From the NCBI RefSeq assembly GCF_009914755.1, contig NC_060934.1: 64,000 nt of DNA; one strand, written 5' to 3'. Source of the stretch: the human T2T-CHM13v2.0 reference genome, Homo sapiens. The translations under genes and the position numbers were made by a program. The notes below the pieces were generated by a model. That model made no database searches. It saw nothing but the letters and a program-made list of their open reading frames with translations, and was not told the DNA's origin. How positions within the stretch are numbered: position 1 is the first letter of the stretch; every line of letters starts with the position of its first letter. This document shows, one piece after another, positions 40,341 to 53,234 of this stretch.

Positions 40341-40634
40341 TTGGCAGAATGTAAATGGGGAGAGCAAAGAATCGGAAGAGAACATGGAATAAGTATTAAT
40401 AAGTGAAGTAGCCATATTTCTCACTGTTTTGAAGTTCTAGATTTAAATATCAAATACGAATATCTGATAGATTGTTCAGTCTTATCCCTTAAATCTTAAA
40501 GTGAGAGAAGGGACTAATGCCCTCTGTCATACATGATACCAATTTCAGACCATTATCTCTTTGTCTTTTTGTAATACTCATTCCTCTTTGAGCCACATAA
40601 CATTTCTAATACTATCTTTTACTTCTGTTCATCA

Positions 40635-41077
40635 TGAAGCTGGCCCAATTTCCCCATAGAACTGATGTTTACTGTTTTTTTAGATAAACATAGAAATTGA
40701 CCCTTCCAGTCTTAAAGCTTAAAACTTACATTAGTCTTACCTGAGTTCCTTTCTCAGGAAACTTTCAGCCCCCTCAAATAGTATCAAAGAACTGAAACTC
40801 ACCAGATCACTATATCCCAACAATGACATCCTCATCCATCATGATTGCTTCCTTAATCCTCTCTAATTCCTGTTTTCCCACACGTAGTTATGTTCCTTCC
40901 TCGCTATACAAATCTCCAGTTTTAGTTGGTTGGGAGATGAACTTGAGACTTATCTCCCATCTTCCAGCTGGCATTACCTGAATAACGCCTTTCTTCCTTG
41001 GCATTCCTCATCTTGGTGATTAGCTTTCTGTGTGGTGAGCAATGGTACCTAGACTGAATGCCTGGCAATTGGTAACA
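40635..41077 (+). mobile_element. ERV1 solo LTR (MER31-like, MER4-group)
   Basis: TGAAGCTGGCCCAATTTCCCCATAGAACTGATGTTTA...GGTAACA; TSD ATCA/ATTG. Confidence 0.75.
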
Positions 41078-41249
41078 ATTGCTATCATTTACAGACAATC
41101 TACCCATCCCCTTATTTATCAAATATCCTGCCAAATTGATTATTCATTTTCTCACTACTAGATATCCTATTATTTTGATGCCTACAATGCTCAGATGAAA
41201 AACCAAAAGAATTTTGCCTCTTGATTTCCTGATGTTCTTATTTTTAATA

Positions 41250-43921
41250 AAGTTCTACTTACAATTCACTTCAGCCACACATGCCATAGCCACTTGATTG
41301 GGATTGTATCACCTAGAACTGATCCCCTTATGAACCATTTTATGCAAATGCCTCACAACAGATTTTCTGTTCTGTTTTTCACTCATTTACCTGTTCTTTG
41401 AATTCAAAGTAATATTCAGTCTTCTGTCCAATCTCCTTTCTAATTATCTTATTCAATTTTATTTTATTTTTTGATGTAGATTAAATTATATGGTCCATCA
41501 GTTCAATGACACTCTTGTAACTATTCTGTTTTCTAGCTCCACTATCTTTCCATCGTTACTGTCTGGGAAATCTCTAGCACTAGTTCAACTTCACTGTCAA
41601 CAGCCTCTAAGCCTATACAAAATTCCTAAGTGATAAATACACAGTCCCATATTTATGTCACAATATACTTATTCTTTGACCTTATTGGACCCTCAACAAT
41701 GCCAAGTAATCTTATTATTTTCCTAATTAGCAATATCTCTGTCTCTATAGAAGCTTTTTTCAAAATCTTTTTACTTGTACCATATGCCCAGCAATCACCT
41801 CTACCTTATTCTCAGTGGATGACTTTACTTCGTATTTTAAGAGAAAAAAGATAGAAGTCATCTTTTAAGGGCAACATCAATTCCAGCCACAAACCTTAGA
41901 ATTTTCCTGACTAAACACACATCTGCATCATAATCTATACTGTTATAATAAAATAAATTTCTTCTTTTTTCTAAAGCTAGTCCTTCAACCTTGTACTGAT
42001 TCCATCCACATTTACCTCTTTGTAGCCAATCGTCCTTTCCCGTGTATCTTCAACTATTCTCACTTTTTGGCTGCCTGAAATTAGTCTTATAACATCTTCA
42101 GATGTCTCCAATTTCTACTCTCCCTAGCCATTTTCTTTTTCTTTCTTTTCAAAGCTAAATTTCTTCAAGACTTGTTCATATTTCTACCTACTCATGTTTC
42201 ACTTACATGCTTACCTATTACGATCTAGTTTTTTCCTCAGCCACTCCAATGAAACTGATCTTGTTGTGGTTTCTAGGAACCTATGTGGTAGGTAGTATAA
42301 TGGTCCCCTAAAGATGTTCACATCCTCATCCTTAATTCCTAGAACTTATGACAATGTCACCTTACAAAAGGAAATTTGCTTATGTAACTTAGTTAAGAAA
42401 TTGGAGATGAAGGAATTATCCTGGCTAATACAGTGGGCTCAAATCACAAAGGGCAGAGTCAGAGAAGGAGGTGTGAGGAGGGAGACAGAAGTCAGAGTGA
42501 TGTGGCTATAAGCCAAGGAACGCAGGTAGCCTTTAGAAGCCGAAAAAAAAAAAAAAAAGAAATTAAATCTCCCTTAGAGTATCCAGAAGGAACACAGCTA
42601 TGCTAACTTGTTAATTTTAACCCAATATATCCTGTTTTAGACTTTTGAACTCTGGGAATGTAAAATGATAAATTTGTATTGTTTTAAGCTATGAAGTTTG
42701 TGGTAATGTATAACAACAGTAAAGAAACTAATACCACTTCCTAGTTGGTAAAGACAATATTTTCTATCTCTCTGTAACAATTCCATCTGAAAACTATTTT
42801 TTCCTTCTTGAAACCATCTTCCTCCTTTGGCTTCCTAGTTTCCTCATTATTGAGAATTTTTCTTTTTGCTTAGGTTAGGCCTTTTCAGTTTCCTGTAATG
42901 AATTTCTTCCTCTTTCTGTTTCAAAATTCTGAAATCACTGGAAGTTTTTTCTTTTTCTTCAATTCTTAGACTACTTACCTTATCTCATAAGGAGATCTTA
43001 AAGTTTCATCCATTTCTATGACTTTATTTGCCATTCGAAAACTCCAAAATCTGTATTTTTTAGAATTCTCAGTCTTAGCTATAAAGTTCTGGGACATCCA
43101 ATTTTTTTTTTATCTTCCACCTGCATAATTCATGAATTCCATAACAGTGAAGGACACTGCCGTCTACTCAGTTGCCCCTGGAGGAAACTTGGAGCACTTC
43201 TCAATACGTTCATTTTTCTAACTGCCCAATCCAATCATTTACTGAGTTATAGATCATATACCTCCTAAACATTTGTGAAATTAGTATACTACTTTCCATC
43301 ACCACCACTTCTACCATATTTCATGCTGTTGTTATCTCCCGAATAAATCGCTGCCATGACCTCTTCACTGATCTTCCCCTTACACAATCCAGTTAACATG
43401 CTGCAATGGGAGAGTTATTTCTGCAAATCTGAACTTGCTCATTTCATTAGCAGCATTTGCTGCTTTGTCTCTTTCACTCCCAAATCTATGGTTCAACTAC
43501 ACTTAAAAAAAAAAAAATTCCTAGAATAAGCCTCTCTCTTGCCTCTGGGAACAGCCCTTGACTATGTTTAGAATGTTTTCTCCATGTTTCTGCTTTCCTT
43601 TTTGCTAACGCCAGCTACTATTCTTCTTCATCGTGTATTTCCTCTCTTCCCCCAATTCTGAACTGATTCTCTTCCATTATTTATCTGCTAGCACCTTCTT
43701 AGCATTTTGTTATTTCTCTTCCTTAATATTTTGCCAGGATTATAGCAATTTTGTAGTTACTTGTCTGAGTTCTACACCATAATCCTTTTGAGGGCAGAGA
43801 CTATGTCCACCTACCTCACTGTAATATACCTAGTATTTAACACACAGTGTCTAACATATTCTTTTTCACTTAGTAGGTGCTCAATAAATATTTCTAGAAT
43901 GAATCAATAAGTGAATGCATG
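41250..43921 (+). mobile_element. Long degenerate L2, interrupted by MLT1D
   Basis: CCACTCCAATGAAACTG; GAGGGCAGAGACTATGTC; terminal GTAGGTGCTCAATAAATATT...GAATGAAT. Confidence 0.7.
42284..42735 (+). mobile_element. MaLR solo LTR (MLT1D-like)
   Basis: TGTGGTAGG...AATGGTCCCCTAAAGATG; AAGCCAAGGAACGCAGG; AAACTAATAC end. Confidence 0.8.
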
Positions 43922-44302
43922 AGAAATAATTGCATTCAAAGTGGCATTCGAGTTTACTACAGGATGAAATGCTTGTGTCCTTAGCTATTAGACAAGAAGT
44001 CTCTTTTTAATTAAACATCTAAGGATCTGAGTTATTAACTTCTTTAGTCTTTTATTTATTTGATTTTTTTTCCTGTGGGGTTTTTTTTTTTTTTTTTTTT
44101 TTTTGGCTTGTTCTGCATTTCAGGGGACTTAGGAACTCAGTTCATCATTTCTCTTCTGTAGCTGCTGTCAAATATTTCTCAAAATCAAATATTTCTAAAA
44201 ATCAAAGCCAACTAAATATTTCTAAACAAAGCCAACTGTAAATAAAGGGGCATCTAAACTTTTTCCTTAGAGTGCTGACTCTACACAAGCTTATAAATGT
44301 TT

Positions 44303-45440
44303 TTAAATTAATACTTTATTGTTAAAGCAGTTTCAGATTTTCAGAAAAATTGACCGGAAAGTACACAAACTTCCCTAACCTCAAGTCAAACCCTAAGCCT
44401 AACCCCAAACCCTGCCTGCACACACAGTTTCCCCTATTATTAACAACATTATTAGTGTAGTATATTTATTACAATTCATGAATCATGACTAATACTTTAT
44501 TATTAACTATAATCTGTCATTTGCATTTAAGGTTTACTCTTTATATTGTACAGTTCTGGGAGTCTTGTCAAGTGTATAATGGCATGCATCCACCATTATG
44601 GTGTCATACATAATAGTTTTGCTGCTCTAAAAATTCCACGTTTCATCCATTCATAGCCCTTTCCCTCACTCTGAGCCCTTGACAACCACTGAACTTTTTA
44701 CTGTCTCTATAATTTTACCTTTTTGAGAATGTAGAAGCATGGAATCATACATTATGTAGCCTTTTCAGCTTGGTTTCTTTCACTTAACAGTATACATTTA
44801 AGGTTTCTTTATGTCTTTCAAGGCTTTGTAGCTCATTGCTTTTTATTGCTGAATAAACAACTCAGCAATTGTATGAATGTATGATAACTTACTTATCCAT
44901 TCACATATTGACAGATACTCTAGTTGCTTTCAAACTTTGGCAATTATGAGCAAAGCTTCTATAGACACTTGTGTAGAGGTTTCTGTGTAGATGTCAGTTT
45001 TCAATTCATTTGAGTAAATACCAAGGACAATCATTGCTGGATCTTATGGTAAAAGTATATATATACATGTGTATATATATATGTATATGTATATATTTAA
45101 CACACAGTGTCTAATATATATATACACACAGTTGAAGTATATTTCGCTTTGCAAGAAAGTACCAAATTGCCTTTAAAAGTGGTTAAACCATTTTGCATTT
45201 CAGCCAGCAATGAATGGGGATCCCTCTTTATCCACATCTCCATCAGTATTTGGTCTTTTCAGTGTTTGGGTTTTTTGCCATTCAATCAGTGTGCAGTGGT
45301 ATCTCGTTTTAATTTACAATTCCTTAAAGACATATGATGTTAATTGTTACTATCTGTATATCTTCTCTGTAAGGTATTTATTCAGATCTTTTGTCTGTTT
45401 TTGTTTTAATTTACTTTTGAATTTTAAAGGTTCTTTATAC
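44303..45440 (-). mobile_element. L1MC/MD-like 3' end
   Basis: GCAGTTTCAGATTTTCAGAAAAATTGACCGGAAAGTACA 3'UTR start; TGCTGGATCTTATGGTAA; ORF2 3' remnants. Confidence 0.8.
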
Positions 45441-45789
45441 TTAAAACTATTTTGGCACCTGAAATACTTGCCATACCCTGGACAATGTCATTGTAAGTTT
45501 ATGTGCACAATTTTAAATGTTCTCCATGAAGATTGTGTCAAGTTATATTGTCTTAATGGTGTATACCAATACCCATTTTCATACATCCTTGCCAGCCCTA
45601 AGTGTTATCATTTCTTTTTTTTATCTCCGATAATTGTCTATAGATGAATTTAAGAAGCAGCTAACAAAATGAACTTTAATTTCTGAGATACACATTTATG
45701 AGGTTGTCCTGTTTTGGACTGAAGCAAGAGAAGTATAATTTCAGTTGGTGAACTAAGAAAAAAGCTGCTCACTTCAATTATGAAATACT

Positions 45790-46400
45790 TCATTTCACAA
45801 ATTCTTATTGACTACTTACTCTGTTTACTAGGTATAAAATAAATACTGGACCTATATGATTAAGAAGGCAAGTGAAGTTGTACACTAAAATTTATGGTGG
45901 GAGACACAGATCTTCTTAGAGACTAAATTCTATTGGTGGAATGCATGAATAAACTAATAGATTAATAAGAACAGCAGCAAAGATAATTTATCAACACTCA
46001 AGAAACAATTATTTAGCATCTTTTCTTTGGGGAAAGAACATCAAACAATTGAACAGACAACAATTTTCATCTTGGAGATCCTGCATTCTAGAAATAATTC
46101 TGTAATAAGTAAATTTTGGAAGCTTATAAGTGCTATGAAAGTCAATTGATCTGGGTAATGGAATTAGGTGTCAGACGGGGAAAGGAATAAAAGGGTTTGC
46201 AGAGAATTACTATGAGATGTATCACAAATAGTGCAATATCTCCAAGGAAGTAACATAATTGCTGAGGTTTGAGTGTGAGTAAGGAGGCATCTATTTGAAG
46301 ATCGCAGACAGGCAGAAAGAACATTTATGCAAAGTCTATAAGGCAGAAACTAATGTGTATTTCTGAAGTAAGAGACAAATTTAAAAGGCCAATGTGCCCA
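45790..46400 (-). mobile_element. L2 fragments
   Basis: CATTTCACAAATTCTTATTGACTACTTACTCTGT reversed L2 3' end and downstream L2-like blocks. Confidence 0.45.
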
Positions 46401-47811
46401 GGGCCCAGAAAGCACTGAGTCACACTTGCTTCGGTTTAAAAGAAAGGCATGCGCCAGTGCACACAAAGCTATGCAAACCTAGGTAAGAAAGGTATAAATA
46501 AAAGGGGTACTTTTAGATTTATATCTATAATCATATAATACTTCTATCTCTAAAATCCATATCTGTTAAATGTGTTCTGTATGTATGAGTTTAAATATAT
46601 GCATCTGTGTATTTGTGTTTCTGGAAACAACCACTTAATAATAGAAATGAAAGAATAGGTACCAAGTTCACTCTGGAACCAACTGTCATTGAGTTTTTCA
46701 TATGATTGACTGATTTTTCTGAATCAGCGTTCCAAATAAAATGTTAAGAGCATAGCCAATTGATTGGTCACCCAACAGTAGACAGGGAGCATAAAGTGCA
46801 AGGCCAAGGAAGTCATAATATGGAATAAGGTAATTAGGTAGCAATATATCTGATGGGAGAGAAAAGGCAAAAACAGAGCACGGCATGATACTGAAATGTC
46901 AAGAAAAGGATCACACGAAACAGTACATAAGAATTCAATCCAGTGACTAAGAGTGTTGGGAATGTAACTGCTTTTATATGTAATCATTTTATTCATTTTT
47001 TCTGTGATAACTAATTTATATTTTTATAATTTTTTTATTCATGAAAGTAAATAAATAAATAAATAAATTCAGTCAATTTTGCCTTCTCACCCATTACCTG
47101 TGCCTGTAATTAAGATTCAAGCAGGGGCTTACAATATATCAAACCATAAGGGAATAAGGCAAAATGAAAGGTCTTCAGAGACATCTGTCCATGCTGTTAT
47201 CTTCATGTGCATATCTAGTCTAGACTTTAAGCGTTATTCCATACAAATTAACTAAGTTCCCATCTACAGTTCTTTTTACATCTGTCAGTCTCTTCCTGCA
47301 TAACATTAATCCTAGGAGCACATGACTTTTCCTTTGTTTATAAGGAATCCATTGGACATCAAGCTGCTTTGGGAGTCTTTCTAAGGTTCAGCCCTCTTAT
47401 ACCTTTAAGTTCTCGCCAAGTGCCGGAAGTACTCATAAATGAAATAACTCCCCTTTTCTCCTAAATTTCTTTAATCTATCTGTATCTTTCTTTGATTGCT
47501 TTTGCTCTTCCTCTGGAATTCAGCCTCAGAAAAAGGAACTCACCACTCATTGTTTTCCTTTTGCATGGTTCTTCCCCAAATTAACTGCATCTCAGGAAAC
47601 CCTTTTCCCTTTTCTAAACTCATGGATGAGAAGCATTGTTTGTCTGTCAACTTGTTCCCCCTCCCCTCCAATTCTATTTTCTTTATTTTAAATTCTTGCA
47701 TTCCTCAGGAGGGCCTAGCTTTGAAAATTTAAAAATATCTTTTTTGTATTCTCTCCTTTTTGTTGTCACATCCCTCCCTCGAGGGAAGCTATATAAATTA
47801 GTAGGAATGGC

Positions 47812-48280
47812 TGTCGTGGGGGAGTGACGACTATATGGGCTGGCAGCATGGGGGTAAAAGAATTTACCAAGACAGTTGTAGGTAAAGAAAGGCAGATTTA
47901 TTAGAGAAAGTATGAAAATACATTACAAGAAAGCAACAGGCAGTTCAGCATGAGAGAAGTTGACTGCCAGGAGACAAAGACTTGCTGAGGATTTTATAGA
48001 AAGGGACTTGGGAACTTGCATTCTTCTGTCAGTGGGATGCTTGATAAATTGAGGCATTTGATGATAAGCAGGAAGTTTGTGAGTTATGTACGTTATTTGT
48101 TCCGGAGGGCTATATGTCCTGGGCTGTAAAGAAAAACAGATCTATAATTCATCTCCTTCCTCTTTTTGTTTATATGTCTTGAACCATGAAGAAAGGCATA
48201 TTTATAGCTTATTTACTTTATCTCTTTGCTTTCCCCTGGTCTCGCCAGCCTGACTCCTTTTCCCTAATTAGGACTCCGCA
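47812..48280 (-). mobile_element. Solo LTR, probably ERVL (LTR47-like)
   Basis: Minus strand starts TGCGGAGTCCTAATTAGGGAAAAGGAGTCAGGCTGG; AATAAA present; ends ACGACA; 5-bp TSD ATGGC/CTGGC. Confidence 0.75.
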
Positions 48281-48437
48281 CTGGCACCTGGTTAATGTTG
48301 GTGAAGAGGTGAGAGAGCAGGGAACAAGGGTCTAAAGGACATGTACAATGCAAGAAGAAAATCAATGAATTATCCTAAAATATTTTTTGTCATAACAATC
48401 AATAAAATGGCATGATGAGATCCTAGACTAGGACATA

Positions 48438-48507
48438 ACATGGAAAAGATTTATCTTAAAGATAAGCCACATACATGGAAAAGATTTATCTTAAAGACAA
48501 GCCACAT
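48438..48507. repeat. 35-bp tandem duplication (2 copies, 1 mismatch)
   Basis: ACATGGAAAAGATTTATCTTAAAGA(T/C)AAGCCACAT twice. Confidence 0.95.
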
Positions 48508-48521
48508 TTGCAAAGAATTGA

Positions 48522-48892
<371 letters not shown>

Positions 48893-48924
48893 TGTAATTT
48901 TTTTACATATAGAAATTTTAATCG

Positions 48925-49065
48925 TAAAAAGTCACTATGTGAAATGATAGATATGTTCTGTTTCTTTATAGTAACCATTTTACTATCTATATGTGTTACA
49001 TAACAAGATGTTGTAAACCTCAAGTATACACAATAAAACTTATTAAAACACAACAGAAGAAAAAA
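48925..49065 (+). mobile_element. L1MA 3' terminal fragment
   Basis: ACTATGTGAAATGATAGATATGTT...GTAACCATTTTACTATCTATATG...AATAAA plus A-rich tail. Confidence 0.65.
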
Positions 49066-49884
49066 GAGGGGCCAATACTGAAGTGCATTGAGTTCTTAAG
49101 ATTAAAAAATAAACACATATAATTATAATTTTTTAAAAAAAAATGAAATAAAAAATTAAAGTTTTTTTTTTTTGTAATTTCAAGGTTCAAGGCATTATAA
49201 AAAGAATTCTGTTTTTTCCTGTTTGGTAGTCATTTGAATATCATATACTAGTTTGTAAAACATCTTATAGATAAATATAATTTGATTCACTTCCAATGAC
49301 AGCAACATCTTGAGAAGAAAGCAAGATATGGATTTATTCAAAGAATTTACTTTTATATCTAGGAAACTATAGATTTAGTAGATTTCTTTCTAAAGAACTT
49401 TGGATCACAGGATTCATAGTTAGAGGAAAATCCCCACATTTAATTCGTTACTCTCTTTTAGTTTATGCCTCACAGCAAACCACTCTTGAAAGTTCTTTGT
49501 ACAGTCTAGTTAGATATATATTTTTAATTTCATAAAAACATGTACAATGAGTCAAGGAGTTAATTAAAGAAATATATAAGGGAAGGATATAAAATTTCTT
49601 GTTAATAATTGATATCACAAATATTATTGGAAAGGTCAACAAGCACTTCAAAACTGTTGAATCAAGTACCAAGCAATTAATTCATCTAATATAATTATAT
49701 GTATTTAGCAAATGACATATTTTTAATCATATTGAAATTCATATTTCGTTATGCAAAACAAATTTAGAAAGGCACATGTTGCTGTGTAGTACAATTTTTT
49801 AATTGAGTCACAATGAAATCAATTTTTGCAATCAGCCAATATTTGTAGCTAGTTTTCACTTTTTAAATATTATTAAAAAGTCTT

Positions 49885-51130
49885 AATTTTTTATATTCAA
49901 TTAATATTAATCTGGTACCTGAAACGTGCCAGAATGTGCTGAACCAAATATGAACTTCAGAGATGAACAGGCACAATCTCCCTTCTCAAGGGTAAGAGTC
50001 TAGTATATGGTTTACATAAGATCAATAATTGTTTTTAAAAGTGTAATAAATGATAATGTAGCAGGACAAGCCGCAGACAAAACCCCTCAGACACCGAGTT
50101 AAAGAAGGAAGGGCTTTATTCAGTTGGGAGCTTCAGCAAGCCTCATGTCTCCAACAACCGAGCTCCCCGAGTGAGCAATTCCTGTCCCTTTTAAGGGCTG
50201 ACAACTCGAAGGGGCTCTGCGTGAGAGGGTCGTGATCGATTGAGCAAGCAGGGGGTACGTGACTGGGGGCTACATGCACTGGTAATTAGAATGGAACAGA
50301 ACAGGACAGGGATTTTCACAGTGCTTTTCTATACAATGTCTGTAATCTATAGATAACATAACCGATTAGGTCAGGGGTCGATCTTTAACTACCAGGCCCA
50401 GGGTGTGGCACCGGGCTGTCTGCCTGTGGATTTCATTTCTGCCTTTTAGTTTTTATTTCTTCTTTCTTTGGAGGCAGAAATTGGGCATAAGACAATATGA
50501 GGGGTGGTCTCCTCCCTTAATAAAATAGAGCAACTTAGAAGATCTAACGAGATTTCTGCGAGAGACATCTAATTCAGGCTGAGATAAGAAGGAGGATTGA
50601 AAAATGTTTCCAAATGGAGGTGATATTTGACTAATTAGTGTAGCATTACCTATGAAATGAAGAAGGGGCTGGTCAAAAAAAGAGTATGTCAGACAATAAA
50701 GCTCAGAGGCAAGAGAAATCTTGGCATATTTCAGCAACTCTAAATAGGTGAGAATAGCCATAAACTACAATGTATATGACTTTCTAGTGAGAAACACGGC
50801 TGAAAAATGCTGGCAGTGACCAAAACACAAAGAACCTTTTTAGTGTGAACTAAAAGCTTGAACTGTATTTTGAAGCTTTCCTCATGGGCTTTAATCATGA
50901 CTGGGACATGATCAGAATTGTGTTTTAATCTATTTTCAAAATGCAGCTTCGTCTGGAGATATTTAGAACAGATTGAAAATAAGAATTAGGTGAAATCAAG
51001 TGAAAAACCAAACAAGAAGTAGACGTTTGGAGATAAGAGGACTTAGCAGTCTATAGGAGGAAGTAGATAGTGTGAGATTTCGCTTATGTATTGTCTTAAG
51101 CAGGATCTCAGGAAAGTAGTTAAAGCTAAT
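49885..51130 (-). mobile_element. Degenerate L2 hosting the LTR2
   Basis: Reversed L2 3' end (GTGCCAGAATGTGCTG...CTCAAGGG...TCTAGT) resuming after the LTR. Confidence 0.5.
50057..50519 (-). mobile_element. HERV-E solo LTR (LTR2 family)
   Basis: Minus strand TAAGGGAGGAGACCACCCCTCATATTGTCTTATGCCC...GTCCTGCTACA; 463 bp; perfect 4-bp TSD ATAA at 50053-50056 and 50520-50523. Confidence 0.93.
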
Positions 51131-51479
51131 TATATACTTGGCTTAAACAACAACAACAATCACTAAATAATTTAACATGCTGCAGGCAAGCAGAATAAAG
51201 CAGATAGAAGTGAGCAAGAGAAGGTGGAGACTCCAAGGATTCACTTTAGCAACTAACTAGAAGGATTGGGAGGTAAAATTTAAGGTGTGTACAGGTCTCC
51301 TTTTACCAAGGGTGAAAGGGAGAGCTTATCGGTACATGCTCAAGGGGGAAATTAAGCAGTAGTTTTTTGAAGGTTATGAAGAAATCTCAGAGATTCAAAC
51401 CTTCCCTAGACTTCAGTCAAAGCGGTTTGGTTTAGTGCAGTTTCCTCAGATTTTGGTCTCTAATAATAATTAATAATCC

Positions 51480-52405
51480 AAAAGTGCTTTCATTAATATG
51501 GCTTATATCTATTGATATACTATTTTGTATCCTATGACATTAAAGTTGTGAAATAAAAAAATACATTATTAATTTTTAAATGAAAATCTATTGCATATTA
51601 ACCCAAATAATGCATTTTTGTGAAAATAATATTTTTCAAAACACTGAGAAGAGTAGTATTGTTTTGCAATTTTACAAATATCCTTATCTGTCTAAAAGGA
51701 AGAAAGCTGTATTTGCATATCCACTTCTGCACTCAATATCTTCAGATGAATTGTTTTGTTCGAAATGTGTAATAATCTAGCCTCACAGAGTTATGTAGTA
51801 GGAAAATAGTCTTTTCAAATCATTGTGGATATACTCCTTTGATGTTATGCACAAACTCAACGAGTAGTTGTTTTTTTGTTTTGTTTTGTTTTGTTTTTTG
51901 AGACAGAGTCTTGCTCCGTTGTGAGACTCCAGGCTGGAGTACAGTGGCATGATCATGGCTTACTGCAGCCTTGACCTCCCAGGCTCAAGAAATCATCCCA
52001 TCTCAGCCTCCTGAGTAGCTAGGACTACAGGCATGCACCACCACACCTGGCTAATTTTTCTTTTCTTTTTCTTTTTCCTTTTTCCTTTTTTTTTTTTTTT
52101 TTTATGGAGATGGAGTGTCACTATCTTACCCAGGCTGGGCTTGAACTCCTGGACTCAAGCAATCCTCTTGCCTCAGCCTCCCGGAGTACTGGGGTTACAG
52201 GCATGAGCCACTGTCCCAAGCCTAGTAGTTGTTTATTAAAGATTAGTTGCAATGTGAAATCTGAAACCTTATGAAGAAATGTTTCGTACTCTGTTACATT
52301 AAATTTATTTCACTTCAACTTAGAATGGACCTTTAACATGATCAATGATTGTAATCTTGTAACATTATGCATTTGTCATTTGACAAATATTTGAGATTCA
52401 CTGGT
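51480..52405. mobile_element. Charlie1-type hAT DNA transposon fragment, split by an Alu
   Basis: GAGAAGAGTAGTATTGTTTTG, CTAGCCTCACAGAG, GTTGCAATGTGAAATCTGAAACC, TTTCGTACTCTGTTACATTAAA. Confidence 0.75.
51874..52222 (-). mobile_element. AluJ
   Basis: J-type arms; TSD AGTAGTTGTTT at 51863-51873 and 52224-52234. Confidence 0.92.
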
Positions 52406-52439
52406 CTGGTAAATGGGTTTTTTTAAAAATGTCAGGAAA

Positions 52440-53100
52440 AGTAATCATGAGAAATGCCCTGACCACCCCACTATGTTGGTGTGGGCTGTGCATTGTGACT
52501 TTCTTCCAAAGAGTACCCTATGAGAAAGGATGGTGGGGAAATGGGGTTTGGAAGAGAGTAACTTTACATTAGAAAAATCTGACAAGCACTACCTCAGCCA
52601 GGTAATCAAGGTCAACATAAAAATCATTAATTATGTTTAAAGTATGTAAACATGATATGATGTGATAAAAATTGCCCTTCATATCTGTAGTCTTTCCTGT
52701 CAATGACCCATAGTCCCTGTCTTATCATGAAAAAAAATTGTAAACATTAATAGTGGGACAGTCTGCCAAACACCTGATCATACTCTTCAAATTGTTGAGG
52801 CCATCAACAACCATGAAAAATTAAACCTGCTACAACCAAGAGAAGTATAAACAAACTTGACAACTAAACTTAATGTGGTATCCTGGAGCAGAAAAAGGAC
52901 ATTATATAAAAGCCAAGGAAATCTAAGTAAATTTGAACTTCAGTTAATAATAATAATTAATATTGCTTTGTTGATTATAACATGTATAATACAAATGTTA
53001 AGTTGTTAATAATAGGGGAAACTGGTTATAGGGCACAGGGGAACTTCTCTTACTATTTTCCATTTCTTTTGCTGCAAATTTAAAATTGTTTTAAAAAATA
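52440..53100 (+). mobile_element. L1MC/MD 3'UTR
   Basis: AGTAACTTTACATTAGAAAAATCTGACAAGCACTACCTCAGCCAGG; TCCTGGAGCAGAAAAAGGACATT; AATAGGGGAAACTGG. Confidence 0.75.
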
Positions 53101-53234
53101 TAGCCTAAGAAACCATGTTTAAAAATCCTTCCTGAATAAAGACTATAATTCCTTTATACATTATTCATCAAAGAGAATATAGGACATAAATCTTTTAGGG
53201 GACTAAATTCAAATCACCACATCAATTTGTATTA

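Noticed and set aside
45210-45647. 145-aa hydrophobic ORF, and similar ones at 33889-34212 and 53409-53783
   Set aside because: Antisense readings of A-rich L1 sequence give F/L/I-rich pseudo-membrane peptides.
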